DNA of 64,000 bases, from contig JAQFVV010000003.1 of the NCBI GenBank assembly GCA_028023455.1, positions 7,812,001 to 7,876,000 of the forward strand. The letters are read 5' to 3'. The notes under the pieces are model-generated. The model was not told where the DNA came from and did no database searches. It saw only the letters and a list, made by a program, of their open reading frames with translations. Of this stretch, positions 39,109 to 56,543 are shown piece by piece; the first letter of the stretch is position 1; each line of letters starts with the position of its first letter. Source of the stretch: Epiperipatus broadwayi (lineage: Eukaryota > Animalia > Onychophora). The translations under genes and the position numbers were made by a program.

Positions 39109-39935
39109 TATAATTATTTTTTTATGAAATCATTAGTTAATATTTGAGGTTTTCTAATATTAATTTTAGATAAATTTTAAAATTAAAATTAGCAACGCAT
39201 AATGATTCTTTGATTCAAAATTAGCAAAAGCAACGACTTCTCTTAAATAAATGGCAGCAGCATCCTTACAATCCACAGAAAATTGCCACAAGATGGCAGT
39301 TCATGAAGGTGTTAGGTGAAATTACAAACATGTAATTATTATTGGAAAAAAATTAACTACTATTAGCATATGAATTTTTTTTCTATTAAAAAATAAATAA
39401 ATATTGTGATAGAAAAGAAATAGTGAGAAGTAAATGGTTGTACACATGAGAATTAAAAAATTAGAAATTATTAATAAGCCCATTATGATTAAATTGAGGG
39501 GGAAAACTTTTTAACGTTAGTTAAAGTTGCCCTAGTTATAAAGTTCATGAAAACGCGGGATTAGAAAATGTTGATAATGGGATAAAGAGGAAAAAGGTTG
39601 ACGAGTAATAAATAAAAGCAACCATTTAATATAAAAGCGTGTTAAGTTAAAATTCTAATGATCCGTTTTGTAATGATGAAAAAAGTTTATTTTAATGTTA
39701 TAATGTAGTTCTAAATACTGAAATGCTGGAACAGATTTTAAATTGGTAGCAAGCAATGGTGAACTGTCTTTGTCTGTGTTCCATTGTTATTGTTTAGTCC
39801 TAGCATCATATTGTCTATTAATCTCCAATTTATCAGAGATATGTATCCTCACTCTATAAAATATGTATCAAAAGTAAAGTCTGTCAAAAATCATCAACTG
39901 TCTGAATCATAAATAACAATTTATTTAATACAGTT

Positions 39936-40549
39936 TTACAGCTATTGTACATGCGCTTTTACGAGTGTTAAATAATAAATGAATACTTTCACTGCCAATA
40001 CAAGATATAGCATTTAAGAAAGAATAAAATGAATCCACTTATTCCTTCCGAACCCAAATGTTCATATATGGGCAAAGAAAGCGTGAAGATATACAGTTCG
40101 CGTTGTCTGACTGAATGACGTCGACGAAATTTACTTAGAATTTACCATAGCTGTAAAAGGCTGATATTTAATGTATTACAATTATAAACATCGCGCTATA
40201 TAAATAAATGCTTATTTACATATGTTTAAGTTTCATTTGAAAGTGACGTTTGGTAAATTCTAAGTAATTTCGTCGACGTCATTCAGTCAGACAACGTGAA
40301 CTGTAATTTAAAGTGAATGATCTATCTTCACGCTTTCTTTGCCAGTACTTAAGATTTGCCCATATATAAACATTTGGGTTCGGAAAGAAGTGGATTCATT
40401 TTATTCTTTCTTAAATGCTATATCTTGTATTGGCAGTGAAAGTATTCATTTATTATTTAACATAAAGCGCATGTATAATAGCTGTAAAAGGCTGATATTT
40501 AATGTATTGCAATTATAAACATCGCGCTATATAAATAAATGCTTATTTA
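39936..40549. mobile_element. About 610-bp fold-back element with an internal direct copy of its 3' tail
   Basis: Arms 39936-40146 and 40251-40489 are inverted repeats. 40147-40218 is a direct repeat of 40478-40549. Flanked by direct repeat ttatttaatacagtt (39921-39935, 40543-40557). CpGs retained. Confidence 0.85.
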
Positions 40550-41199
40550 ATACAGTTATAAATATCACTCTCTTTTAGTCTTTATATATTCATTAGTTTA
40601 CTAGACAAAGTTTTTTTAGATTTTAAAAAGTAAACAGCAAGAATATGCTTCAATTTCTTTTTTAATACAGTGAAACCGCTAACTGTGCTACATTAGTATA
40701 CTGGCTTCAATTACATGCTATTTGAAAGAAAAATGTAAATAACCAAAAGAAAAAAACATTTAAAATTCATAAATTTTGTACATTTATAATATGTGAGTAG
40801 TCATGTTAAAAAACAATTGTAAATAAATTTTACAATTCGCCAGCAGTCAATTTTTCATCTTGGAGTGACATACACAATCATATTTATTAATAAGATTTCT
40901 TCTGTTTATGTTGCACATAGATTTTGTTCTTCTTTTATGATTCTTTCCAAATTTGATGGTCAGTACTTCACATAATAAAATGATTTTGAAGAGTATGCTG
41001 AAATTTGATAAAATTTAAGAACATACTTAAAGTTGGCAATGACTTTAAAATGCCAAAACATTTAGAGAAATTATAGTTTCTTAATAATCTGATTATTGTT
41101 ATGTTTCTATAAGAGAATAAAGTTATTGAAAAAAAATAATATCACCTGGAATGTATTTAATTGTCTTGAAAGTTAGATACTTGACTATTGATTTTATTT

Positions 41200-44100
41200 A
41201 AAAAATAAAATTATGATTATATCCAGGGCCAACTATATTTTGGCAGATAGATAATTGTATAATTTGTTTAAAGAAACAAACACAAAATGTTCAACAATAA
41301 ATTCAAGAATTTATTTACTCTGAATAACAATAATACTAGTAGGTAGAGTTAGAAAGCAATCAGCTAATTGCTAGTTTAACACAGGATCAATCTAGATCAT
41401 GTAACAGTTCATATCTCTGTAGATAATATATATATACAACTGTAGTTCTGTATGTACTTTACTGATCACACACTACTCCTGAGATAGTCTAATTAGATTA
41501 TGACTAGGAATTTTTCTTTACTGCTAATATTGATTTACTCTACACTTAAAGTTTTTCTAATCTGCTTTCAACTGTTGCTTTTTTCTTCTCTCTTCACATT
41601 ACTACTTCTCTAGACACCATTTGAAGTTCTGCAACATTTTTTTATCAACTTTTTTAATTTGCATAAAGTTAGACATTATTGACATGCAAATTAATCTGTC
41701 TTCTTATAGTGAACTAATTTTCTTTTCTGCATATCATTCTTTCTAGAGTACTTTAACACTGTCTATAGTAACCAGCCTGTACACACACACCCAATATTAT
41801 ATATATATATATATCAGGTCAGTATACAACTTATTAATCTTATAACTTTGTTTTTTACAATATAATCTTATAACTTTTCTTATCTCTTCAGGTAGACCTT
41901 GTTGAATTAATTTTTCTTCTTGCTCTTTAATCTTTTCTTACTGTTTACCATTTTATTTAAGTGCTTTTTCATAAACTGAGAAGTCATCTGGTACTCTAAC
42001 TCCATGTCATTAGAAACATCAGTTTTATTATCCTCAACTATACTTGAAGTATATCCTATAATATTTGTCATTCTCTCATAGTTCACATGGTATCTTAAAA
42101 ATCTCTCATCTAATTTTATTTCACATACTTGTGGAGACACAATTCTACTAATTATTTCTGGTAGCCATTTTTTCTCAATTACATCTCTAAGTCATATGGT
42201 TTGGTTAACTTTAAATCTAATGGTTTCCAAATCTCCATTTTTCTTTTTTACTTTATCTGGATTTAAAATAAATGTGTTCTCATGCATTGTTTCATTAATA
42301 ATTGTGCTGAAGTTTTATTCATAGCAGAACTAGGCATGTAATGCTGATATTCTTTAACTGGTAGCCTCATTTTCAGTTGGCAAGCTTGACATCTTCTTAG
42401 AGTTTTTCCAATATCATTGTTTATGTTAGGCGACCAAATGTACAAACAAGCTAGTTCCTTCATACATATAATTCCTATGTTTCCCTTGTATAGCAGTTGT
42501 AGAATACATTTTCTCTCCTCTGGTGGTATTGTTACATGATCCATTTATGGCCAATCGATAAACTTTCCTGGACATCCTAAATTGCTGGAGTTAAATTATC
42601 TGGTTGTTAAAATGACTATCCATTTTTTATCCAATTCTTTATGATACTATACTTTTTGTTCTTTTATGCCAATCTGCTATAACTTTTCTATTAACTATTT
42701 TGGACTTTAACTTATGTAGTGAAGGAAAGTTTTTTTGGACATTTATTGTTACTTTAACAGTTTTAACAGGTCTCATACTTATTTACCAAACATTAACATT
42801 CTTTACCATTCCTCTCTTTGATTTACTATTTGATAGTAAATCAATTTTAGACATTTGATGTTTGTTATTGCAAACCTTTACTTTTAATATTTTAGGCATC
42901 TTTCATTCATAGTTGTAAACTTTTTAAATGCTTTTCCCCTCAATTTACTTTTTATTTGTAAATCCTCTTTTTTCATTTGCCATTTCTTATTGCAGAGCTT
43001 TGCCAAATGATCTATCATTCCGAAGGTAAAATATTTTCCCATTTTAAATTTATATGTATATTTTAAATGACCTATTTTTCCACAGCAATAAGAGGGGTTT
43101 GTTTTATTTTTCTTTGTGTCACTCATGGTTTTGCTGCTTTTACACATATGTCCAAGATATGTAAATCTGTCACATTTTTGAAGGCTTCCATGTTTTCTAA
43201 AATGGCTTCATGAGCTATAGCATATTTAATAGCTATCTTACGTGTTAGTGTAGACATGCTTAGTAATATTTGCCTAAGCTTCACATGTTGCCTCATAATA
43301 ACTGATCCCATAATATGTCATTGATATAGTCCTTGATTTCACAATCCATCATCAAAGTCTGTAATATTAAATCATATTCACATATAGTTTTATTTTATGA
43401 TTGCATTCTATCAAGGAAACAAAGACATGCTGTGAATTTCATTATTATCGATTTAAAATGGGCATTTAGTTTTATTAATAACTCCTCATATAAGATTTCT
43501 TCATGAGGCTTTGGATCACATAAATGATTTGTCAATTTTAAGACATCTCCTGGCATCCATGGTAAACTGGAAACTTTTAGTTTGCTGTCAATTATTTCAT
43601 TCATGAGCATGTATTTCTCCATGTGATTCATATATATCTGCCACTCTCCTGAATTTTTTACATCAAAGATTGTTTGTGTTTACATTGCTCTTTATATTTC
43701 TTGAATTATCCTAATCACTATATATACTTTCAAGTAGTAAGGCTATAATGTAAAAACTTTACAGCTATCCAATTTTTACTGCATCATTTATCTCACGAGT
43801 TCTCCATTTAACTGTGTTACACAATATTTCACAGGTTACGCCAAAGACTGTACCATATAATATATAAGGTTTTAAATCCTCTTTCAACTGCAACACTAGA
43901 TTACACAGGACCAATTATATTCTGGCCATTGGTTATTTATATAATTTGTTTAGAGAATCAAAACAAAATTTTAACAATAAATTCAAGAGATTATTTACTC
44001 TGAATAACAATAATATTAATATATAGGATTCGTAAATCAACAGGATAATTGCTTGTTGACACATGATCAATGTAGATCACATTAACAGTTCATATCTCTG

Positions 44101-44379
44101 TAGATAATTAGTATATAAAAGTCTCTTTACAATTGTAGTTCTATAAGTACATTACTGCTCACACATCTCTTGGGATAGTCTAATTAGATTATGACTACAG
44201 CTCTTCTTTAGTACTAATACTGGGTATTTAGAGTTTTTCTAATTAGCTTTCAGCTCTTGCTTTTTTCCTTCTCTTTTCACATTATTACTTCTCTAGATAT
44301 TCCTGACTGAACACTGTTTGAAGTTCTTCAGGAAATTTTATCAACTTTGCTAACTTACATGAAGTTAGATGTGTTGAAA
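41200..44379 (-). mobile_element. Old Ty3/Gypsy element (gag and integrase; protease, RT and RNase H not seen)
   Basis: Diverged LTRs ~41200-41684 and 43849-44379. PBS-like tggcgtaacc next to the 5' LTR. Gag ORF 43395-43631, CCHC-like YCCGKIGH in 42884-43147, integrase zinc-binding region in 42263-42544 (IPPEERKCILQLL...RCQACQ). Confidence 0.8.
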
Positions 44380-44519
44380 TATTTATAAGCTCATTACAAA
44401 TAATTGTTAAGAAAAGGTAAAATAATTTAAATTTATATTGATAAGTATGTTTTCAGTAGAAAACTTTCAGAATCATAGCATCCATAAATAAATGTACTGT
44501 ACTTCATTATGTAAATGAG

Positions 44520-45450
44520 AGATTTAAATATTCCACTGTTTTAACAATGGAAAATATTTCTTTTTTATTAATTGTGTATTGACCTTTTGCAATTGCACAT
44601 GCTTCCTTATATTTTCATTTTTTATCATCTCTTTCAGGACAAACTGTCTTCAATGATGCTAGTTGGATTAACACAATCCATTGTGTGCTCATATTCAAGG
44701 AATATTGAATTATGTTCATTATTTTGTTTTGCACTGTTGTATAAATATGTGTCCTGGGCAATTCTTGTTGATTTATTAGCATGTGATTTACCATAATAGA
44801 CAGTTTTGCAGGAGGGGCACTGCATGTAATTTTATAAACTATTTGGAGATGGGTTCTAGTGGTATTCTCTCTTTTCTATTATTCAATAATTTATTTAACA
44901 ATGGAGTGGATCAAAAGCTAATGTTATATGTGTTAGTGTATATGTTTTTTAGTTTATTTGCTAACCTAGGAATGTATGGAAAGGTTTATCCATGGCTTAG
45001 GTTCATTTTATGGATTATTATGTTTGTTTATGTTATTGTACAATTTTCCAATGGTTTTTATTAACATATTTTGATTACATCTCAGATTTGTAAGGTCATG
45101 GATGTAAGCTTTTATATTATTTTTTTGAATGACTTCATACTTACATACGTTCATATTTCTGTATAAGAAACTATTCAAACCTGTTAGTTTGTATTCCATA
45201 GGGATTCGTGATTTCAGGTAAATAGTTCCTTTTATTTTAATAAGCTTTAATTTAATTTTGTAGCTGACACTTTGATTGTTTTTGTACATATATGCAAATT
45301 AGTCTGTTGCTTCTAGCACTAAATAAATTTAATTTTTTCTGCATATCATTATTATTTCTGGAGTGCTTTAACACTATCTATACTAAGCATCCTGAACACA
45401 CACATACAAGTTTAGTAATAAAAATATATACATCCAGTCAGTATACAACA
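44520..45450 (-). mobile_element. Penelope-like element relic: RT thumb plus GIY-YIG endonuclease
   Basis: Minus strand in order: SYKIKLKLIK...IYLKS (thumb), PYIPRLANKLKNIY, NNRKERIP, IVYKITC[frameshift]CPSCKTVYYGKS...TRI, KYKEACAI. This is the PLE linker-plus-GIY-YIG order. Confidence 0.8.
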
Positions 45451-46379
45451 ATGGTACATGAAGTTATCATTTTTTTAATGAATGGATGACTGAATACATA
45501 TTCAGTAAAATATATGTAAATGTGTCCCCTCAATTTATTATTATTAACTCTTATTCTTACTATTTTTAATGTTGCTTATACTATGGTTTTAATTTATATA
45601 TGCATACTATGCTTATAAAAAGCATCTGTGTTATATATGAGTATATATTAAAAAGTACTGTACATCTGCAGTTCAATAAACAATATATACTCTATTCTAA
45701 TAAAAATTTATCAACATGTGGGCAGGCTTTGAACAAAAGACAGCAGATATTCCATCTCTACTTTACTATTCCATTACAATGTTCCCCTAAGAAGACAATA
45801 TAACTTAGTTCTGAATATAAATAAACTTATGTGGTGAAAACAAATTTATAAGAAATATGCAATTATATACTAATGCCTAGTTATCTGAATTGAATTCTAG
45901 CTTTCAAAAATGTAACAATAGATGTCAAATACATTTTACATTTTTCTTTAGCAATGTGTTGTGTTTTATGTACATGTTTTTAGTTGTGTTTTTTACACAT
46001 TTTAAATACATTTGTGCCAATTGTTGTGTTTGATTTTAGCAATTGACAATAAGGACAAATGCTATGTGTGATACCATGTCATTTGCTTGTCATATGCACT
46101 TCTAAAGTTATATCTGAACTCCTAAATCCTTAATTAGAAAACTAATATTGAAGAGATGGACAAACAACTAAACAATACACTAAAAAATAAATCAATACAA
46201 AATATAAATAAACTTTATAACTATAATTTAATATGTTCAATATTAATACATATACACAGACATATATCTATATATAATCCTTCTAAACACTCATTCTTCC
46301 TTTCCTTTATTTCTGCTATCTTCATATACAATATTGCAATTCAAATAATTCTTCTTAACACTTTTTTTCAGAAAAAACG

Positions 46380-51042
<4,663 letters not shown>

Positions 51043-51384
51043 TCAATTGTATCTTGCAAGGTACAGTCGAAATTGTAATAATAATAAAAAAAGTTTTGTT
51101 GAAAAAAGTGTAAGAAGAATTATTTGAATTGTAATATTGTGTGTATATATATATTGTAACCATTTGGATTACATAGCACACACTAATATAGTGTGTGTGC
51201 ATATATATATAAAGTTAAAAGGAAAACTAGAAATAAACACAAAGATTATAGTAGATATTTTCTACATTCATTGAAATAAAAAAGATGAATAAATAATAAC
51301 ACTGATTTAAAATATTGTTTTATAAATTAAACTTTTAGAAGGTCTGAATAAATATATTTTTTTTTATTTATTATTATTATTATT

Positions 51385-51417
<33 letters not shown>

Positions 51418-51471
51418 ATTATTATTATCATTATTATTATTATTATTATTGTGAAATGTAAAAACACAATA

Positions 51472-52473
51472 CACCTGGGTCTCGTTTTACATAATAGATA
51501 GGTTCCTTAGAAAACACGCGCAAAAGAAATCGCACAAAAATAGATGTAACTTATCTTGAAAAAGCGGGGGACGGACTGTGTTTTTTCAAAAATCGCATAA
51601 AAGCAAAGCACCAACGTAAAATTACTTTAAAATTCGCGCAAAAAAAAAACAAGGAAATAAAATGTGACTAATAAAAAATTTCAAATTTGAAAAAAATTGA
51701 TACAAGACAAACTTTTTTTAACTATAATATTTAATTTTATTCAAAACAATATATTTTTATGCATAATTTACAGTACAGTAATTGACATTTTTTATACATG
51801 TTTTAATTATTATTGCTACTTGCTGATAAACAGGTTCATTTGCAAACTGGTAAAAAATCAGATTCTTCACAAGAGGAAATACAACTAGCACCAACTTTAC
51901 TCTCATGTTGTGTTAATTGTTTTCTGGTGACAACGTAATTAGTAATTAATCTTTAAGACAATGATTTTATTAATTGTTTATGAAGCTCGCGATATCCAGA
52001 CATACAACCATTTAGCTCTCGGAATTTAAGAGCACGTTCGTGATTAGTGCCATTAATAAAAAAATAATTAAAAATAAACTTGCGGACACTAAATGATTAA
52101 TAATTGATTACGTTCTTTTTTAAAAAGCAAAAACAGAATGTGATTTAAAGTGCAAAATTAACACACACAATGTTTGAACAAATTTACATTATAATCTTGT
52201 AAAATTTAATGTGAGTATACATAAAATGTGGAAATCATGATTTTAATTTCATTATTGCATAAAATCTTACTTTTATAAAGCACTGAAAATATTGAAATTA
52301 CTAAGATGAAAGCCGAATTCCAATAATGTGCTATTACTTTCAATATGATGTAAGTGCACGAAATTTATTATTTAAAGTAATAGCGCATTATTGGATTTCG
52401 ACTTCCGAAGAAACATGAATCGCGTAACTTCAAAATCGCATTAAATAAATCCGCGTAAAATGAGACCCAAGTG
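51472..52473. mobile_element. Tc1/mariner (pogo/Tigger-like) non-autonomous DNA transposon
   Basis: TIRs cacctgggtctcgttttac / gtaaaatgagacccaagtg, TA target duplication (51470-71, 52474-75), CpG-rich subterminal repeats (aaatcgc). Confidence 0.8.
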
Positions 52474-52599
52474 TACTTGTTTTTGAAATTTTTTTTAATT
52501 AATTAAAACATCTATGTTTTCAAAAGGATTAGAGAGAAAAATAAAAACTGTTTTCAATCAAGGTGTTATTATCATCTTAGATGATTCTATAAAAGGGCT

Positions 52600-53250
52600 G
52601 ATAACAAAATTAGTTCCAGTCTGGAGAGCAATTTTTGAAGAGAACAGTTTTGCTTGCAGTTTTGTAAGACTTGATCAGAGGAGTCTGGTTGTAATATTTT
52701 AAGCAATAACCAACTAGGCCAACTGCAAAGTCTGGATAATGATTTTTGAAGGGAGCGGTCTGGATAGTAATTTTTGTAAGAATGGTCAGCTGAAAAGTTG
52801 GTTACAATATTTTGTTGCAACTTGATGAAGTGCAGCAATACAACTGGTTTTAGTTGACCATAGAATTTGCAGAATAACTACTAAAAACTGATGTACCTGA
52901 AGGAAGATAGTAAACTGTTTTTTTTAGCAGAAGTTTGAATTCACATGGAGAAAATTACCCACTTGTTATGCTGAAATTCATAGCCTTAAACATGGAGAGG
53001 ACAATTGCTGGCCTGAAATCTATCAAACCAAGACAGCTGCTTGCCTGGAACAGTTTTACACAGATGGGAGACCAACTACAGACCAACATTATATATGAAT
53101 TATATACTTTTATCTGATGATGACAATTGCCTGGATTGACAAAAAACACTTGCCCAAGAGAAACACCAGCTGAATAAATAAAGTTATAAGTATGCTGCAT
53201 CAGATATATGCAGGAAAGCACTGATAGACGTATATATAGCTGGTGAGTTA
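52600..53250 (+). mobile_element. Probable solo-LTR-like segment
   Basis: GC-richer block with repeated gtctgga/ttttgtaag units and tatatatagctggtgag, like the TATA motif of the 5399 LTR. Ends not defined. Confidence 0.3.
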
Positions 53251-54639
53251 TTTTAAAATAAGTCATATAAAAATAGACATATAAAGAACAATATTATTTT
53301 TAAGTCGGTTACAAATCTATATATTTTAAAGAATATAAAGTAATTTTGCTTGAATTATAATTAAGAATCAAGAATAATTCATTGACCATCTGGTTTTAAA
53401 GGCAAAAGAGGTGTTTTTGAACAATAATCCTTTAGACATTATTTTGAAAAATTTATATTAAAAAAAAAAGTAAAGAATCGATGATTCAATAATTTAATTT
53501 AAAAACGTTGATAATTAATCAACAACAAGTACTTGTCAAAAATTGACTATATTTTTTTAAGAAAAAAAAGAGAACTTATAAACTGAAACTAATTTTAAAT
53601 TACAGTATATCTATTTTGTTTATACAGACGTAAAGGTAGGAAATTTACCTATTTTTCAAAAAAATTAATTATGAAAATATAATACCAATGCTTGTCAAGT
53701 TTAACACATATAAAATTTAATCATTTTTTTTATAATTATTGTATGTTAATTGAAATGTATTCCTGGTATATTATAAACGCACGTCTGCATACTGATATAT
53801 ATATATGTATTTATAGAAACTAATTGAGAAATATTATAAAACAATGTAATAACTTTAGTTGTATATGTAATTTTGTATACTTTTCAAAATCAAAGCCTTA
53901 AATATCATTTATTTTTTTGATAATAATAAACTTGTATTTAATTGTTAAAAATTGTTTCCATCATCTCTTGATCACATACAGTAATAGAGCTTATGTTCTC
54001 TGAGCTAGATTCGTGCACGGGATGAATATGTAAATGGGGATGTGTATTTAGTGCTTTTGGGGCATCCAGTGATGATCAGTCATCATTATCCTGGTTGGCA
54101 CATAAGATTATATTCTTTAAAGCCCATGCACTACCTTTTATTTTAGTTTAGTCTTATTAAAAGCTAAGTTTATAGTTGGTCAGTACAAGTGGCCTGAGCA
54201 TTGATGATGATCAGCATGTTTTTATTTCCCAGCATTATTGTTTTGATTTCTGATTATTGTGTATACTAACGGATGGGCACTAAGCTGGTGCATCCAAGTT
54301 TTGTTTAAATAATTGCCCAAGCTGGCAAAGGCACAATGGTTAGCCTGGTCTACAGAAGACCCATTTCCTGATGCAGGCACAAGGTTGACTGTTGATTTAT
54401 ATTTTTTATTGATCAAATCCAGCCACAAGATGGACTGTTGATTTTATTAATTTTGGATCATTCATGATGATGAATGGTTTATTTTGAGTATTACTTACTT
54501 TTATTATAGTGCTGTTTGGCATATGATTGATGTATGATTTTTTTAGTTGCTCTTCTGAGTTAGCTGGCTGATCTCTCAATGCTCATAGAGATTTTCTAAT
54601 CTCATGATCTTATAAAATACTATATTAATTATAGATAAC

Positions 54640-55030
54640 TTTGTAAATTATTGATATTTCATTTTGTATTGACTTGGGGTTGATGATATTTCTTCGCTCC
54701 AGGTTCAGTCCTTCTTTCTATTTTGATACCCCCATCCCGTTACTATATATATATATAGTCTTATCATTACAAGCTCAACAATTCCATTACCTACATTCAC
54801 TATAGACTAGTATTGTTTCCATATATATTTCATAGTTTATTCAAGGATATACGGATGTCGACCAATTATTATAACTCTATACTAATTAAGCAATGACATT
54901 CTATATAAGCTAGTATGCTATTTCTATTTTATTTCAAGTTACCTATAAGATTATTATTCAGATTTATACTACAATTAAAGACCTTTAAATTATAAATAGA
55001 TATCCTTATACATATCCCTCCCCCCCTTTT
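54640..55030 (-). mobile_element. Possible polypurine tract plus start of a 3' LTR
   Basis: Minus strand aaaaaggggggaggga followed by tatgtataagg..., a typical PPT-LTR junction. The far end is not defined. Confidence 0.35.
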
Positions 55031-55931
55031 TGTTTTTTCTTTTTTTTTGTTTGCGGGGGGCCCCTCTCCCCCCGGGTGCCCCCTTTGCCGGGAGGAAAAG
55101 GGAGAAGGCACCCAGCTAAGATTAGCAGTCTAAATACTAAGGTTAATATCTTTCTTTATTAGCATATAAATACATGCACATATATAGATCTTCAGACTCA
55201 CACAAATAATAAGAAAGATTGAGATGACGTGTTTAGTTCCCCAGTCAGTGTTCAGATCTATAGAGATTGAGTCTCCAGCAAAGACATCTCTCAATCTTTT
55301 TTGATGCTACATATCACTGTTATTCAGGAAGTCCTATCAGTGCAAATGAAGATACTACTACTTCTGTGTGACAATTTATATCTCCTTTTTAAAAGTGCAT
55401 TCTTATCTTCAGGGAAAATATCTTAAGCTGTTAGCTGGATTAATTAGTTTGATTTATTCTCAGCTGATATAAACTGTATTTCTTATTATTATTTTTAGCT
55501 GCAACATTTCCTCTGGATATAATTGCAGTCTCATTTTTTCATTACATTTAATTAGATGATTTCCAGGTTATTCAATTTTATTCCAGATATTATTTTACTT
55601 TACTTATCTTGGTTTAGTTATAATACTTTTTAGTGTCACTATTTCACAATGATTAAAAAAAAAATTGCTAGATTTGGGGTTTTTATAAGAGGTTCGAGTG
55701 CTTGAATTATAAGAACCAGAATCAATTCAAGAATATTACACTCCAGAATCTGTCAATCTACTATTTGCACTAAGCCATGCAAAACATTACTATGAAATGA
55801 TATGTATTATATTAACAAAACTCTTAACCTGAATTTTTACTTTTTTATATTGTTTTCTAAAAAAAAAAAGTCCTCTTAGTTTTATCTATTTTATTCCTAA
55901 TTTCTTGATTATTTTTTACCATTATATATAT

Positions 55932-56543
55932 ATTACAAAGAAATCAAGTCAAATGTCACATGATCTAATTTAATAAGCTTGTATAACAAATGTTATATTT
56001 AGAGCTCGCAAATAAGCTCTTAACAAGCTTTGCAGAGCATCCCCAACCCAGACTGGTTTCTGCTACTGGCTTCCTCAGTGAGGTGCTAGAATATTCAAAC
56101 ATTAGATTAAAAATACCAGGACAAGCTTGTTAAGAGCTTATTTGTGAGCTCTATATATAATATCTGTAATACAAGCTTGTTAAATTACCTCATGTGACAT
56201 ATGACTTGATTTCTTTGCAATTTTATTTTTTGATATTAAGACTTTGGCCATTTTATATTACTAAAGTTGTTAATATATGGTGTATCTGAACTTAGTTCAA
56301 TCCCATATGACTATTTAAGTTAGATAGTTGGATTGGAAGACATACAAATGTCAGAACATTTCAGATTTTTTACTTAATAGTTAGTTATCCATTAGATAAA
56401 GTGCTGGGCTTGTCCTGGTATTTTTAATATAATGCTTGAATATCCTAGCATCTCACTGAGGAATGCAGTAGCAGAAATTGGTCTGGGGTTGGAGGTATTC
56501 TGCAAAGCTTGTTAATAGCTTATTTGCAGGCTCTATATATAAC
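55932..56543. mobile_element. Hammerhead fold-back element, copy 5 (same subfamily as copy 3), with nested inversion
   Basis: 55932-56030 is inverted at 56123-56221; 55995-56121 is inverted at ~56408-56543. Spacer ctatttaagttagatagttgga matches the copy 3 spacer. Confidence 0.85.
56450..56489 (+). ncRNA. Minimal type I hammerhead ribozyme motif
   Basis: atctca CTGAGGA a tgc agta gca GAAA ttggtc^tggggt: 6-bp stem I, 3-bp stem II, GUC site (cut after 56483). Opposite arm 56046-56084 (-) reads acctca CTGAGGA agc cagta gca GAAA ccagtc tgggt. Confidence 0.65.

Noticed and set aside
40108-40135. ctgactgaatgacgtcgacgaaa as a hammerhead in the 39936 palindrome
   Set aside because: Core spacing is wrong (CUGA-NN-GA), stem II has no loop and no stem I/III could be built.
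44572-45064. Hydrophobic plus-strand ORFs that look like membrane-protein exons
   Set aside because: Antisense shadows of the Penelope-like GIY-YIG relic on the minus strand.
53628-53635. 8-nt micro-exon between ttttgtttatacag and gtagga
   Set aside because: Splice-like signals only; no gene context to place it in.
54200-54256. Box C (ATGATGA) and box D (CTGA) as a C/D snoRNA
   Set aside because: Too short, no terminal stem and no recognisable guide; such motifs occur by chance here.
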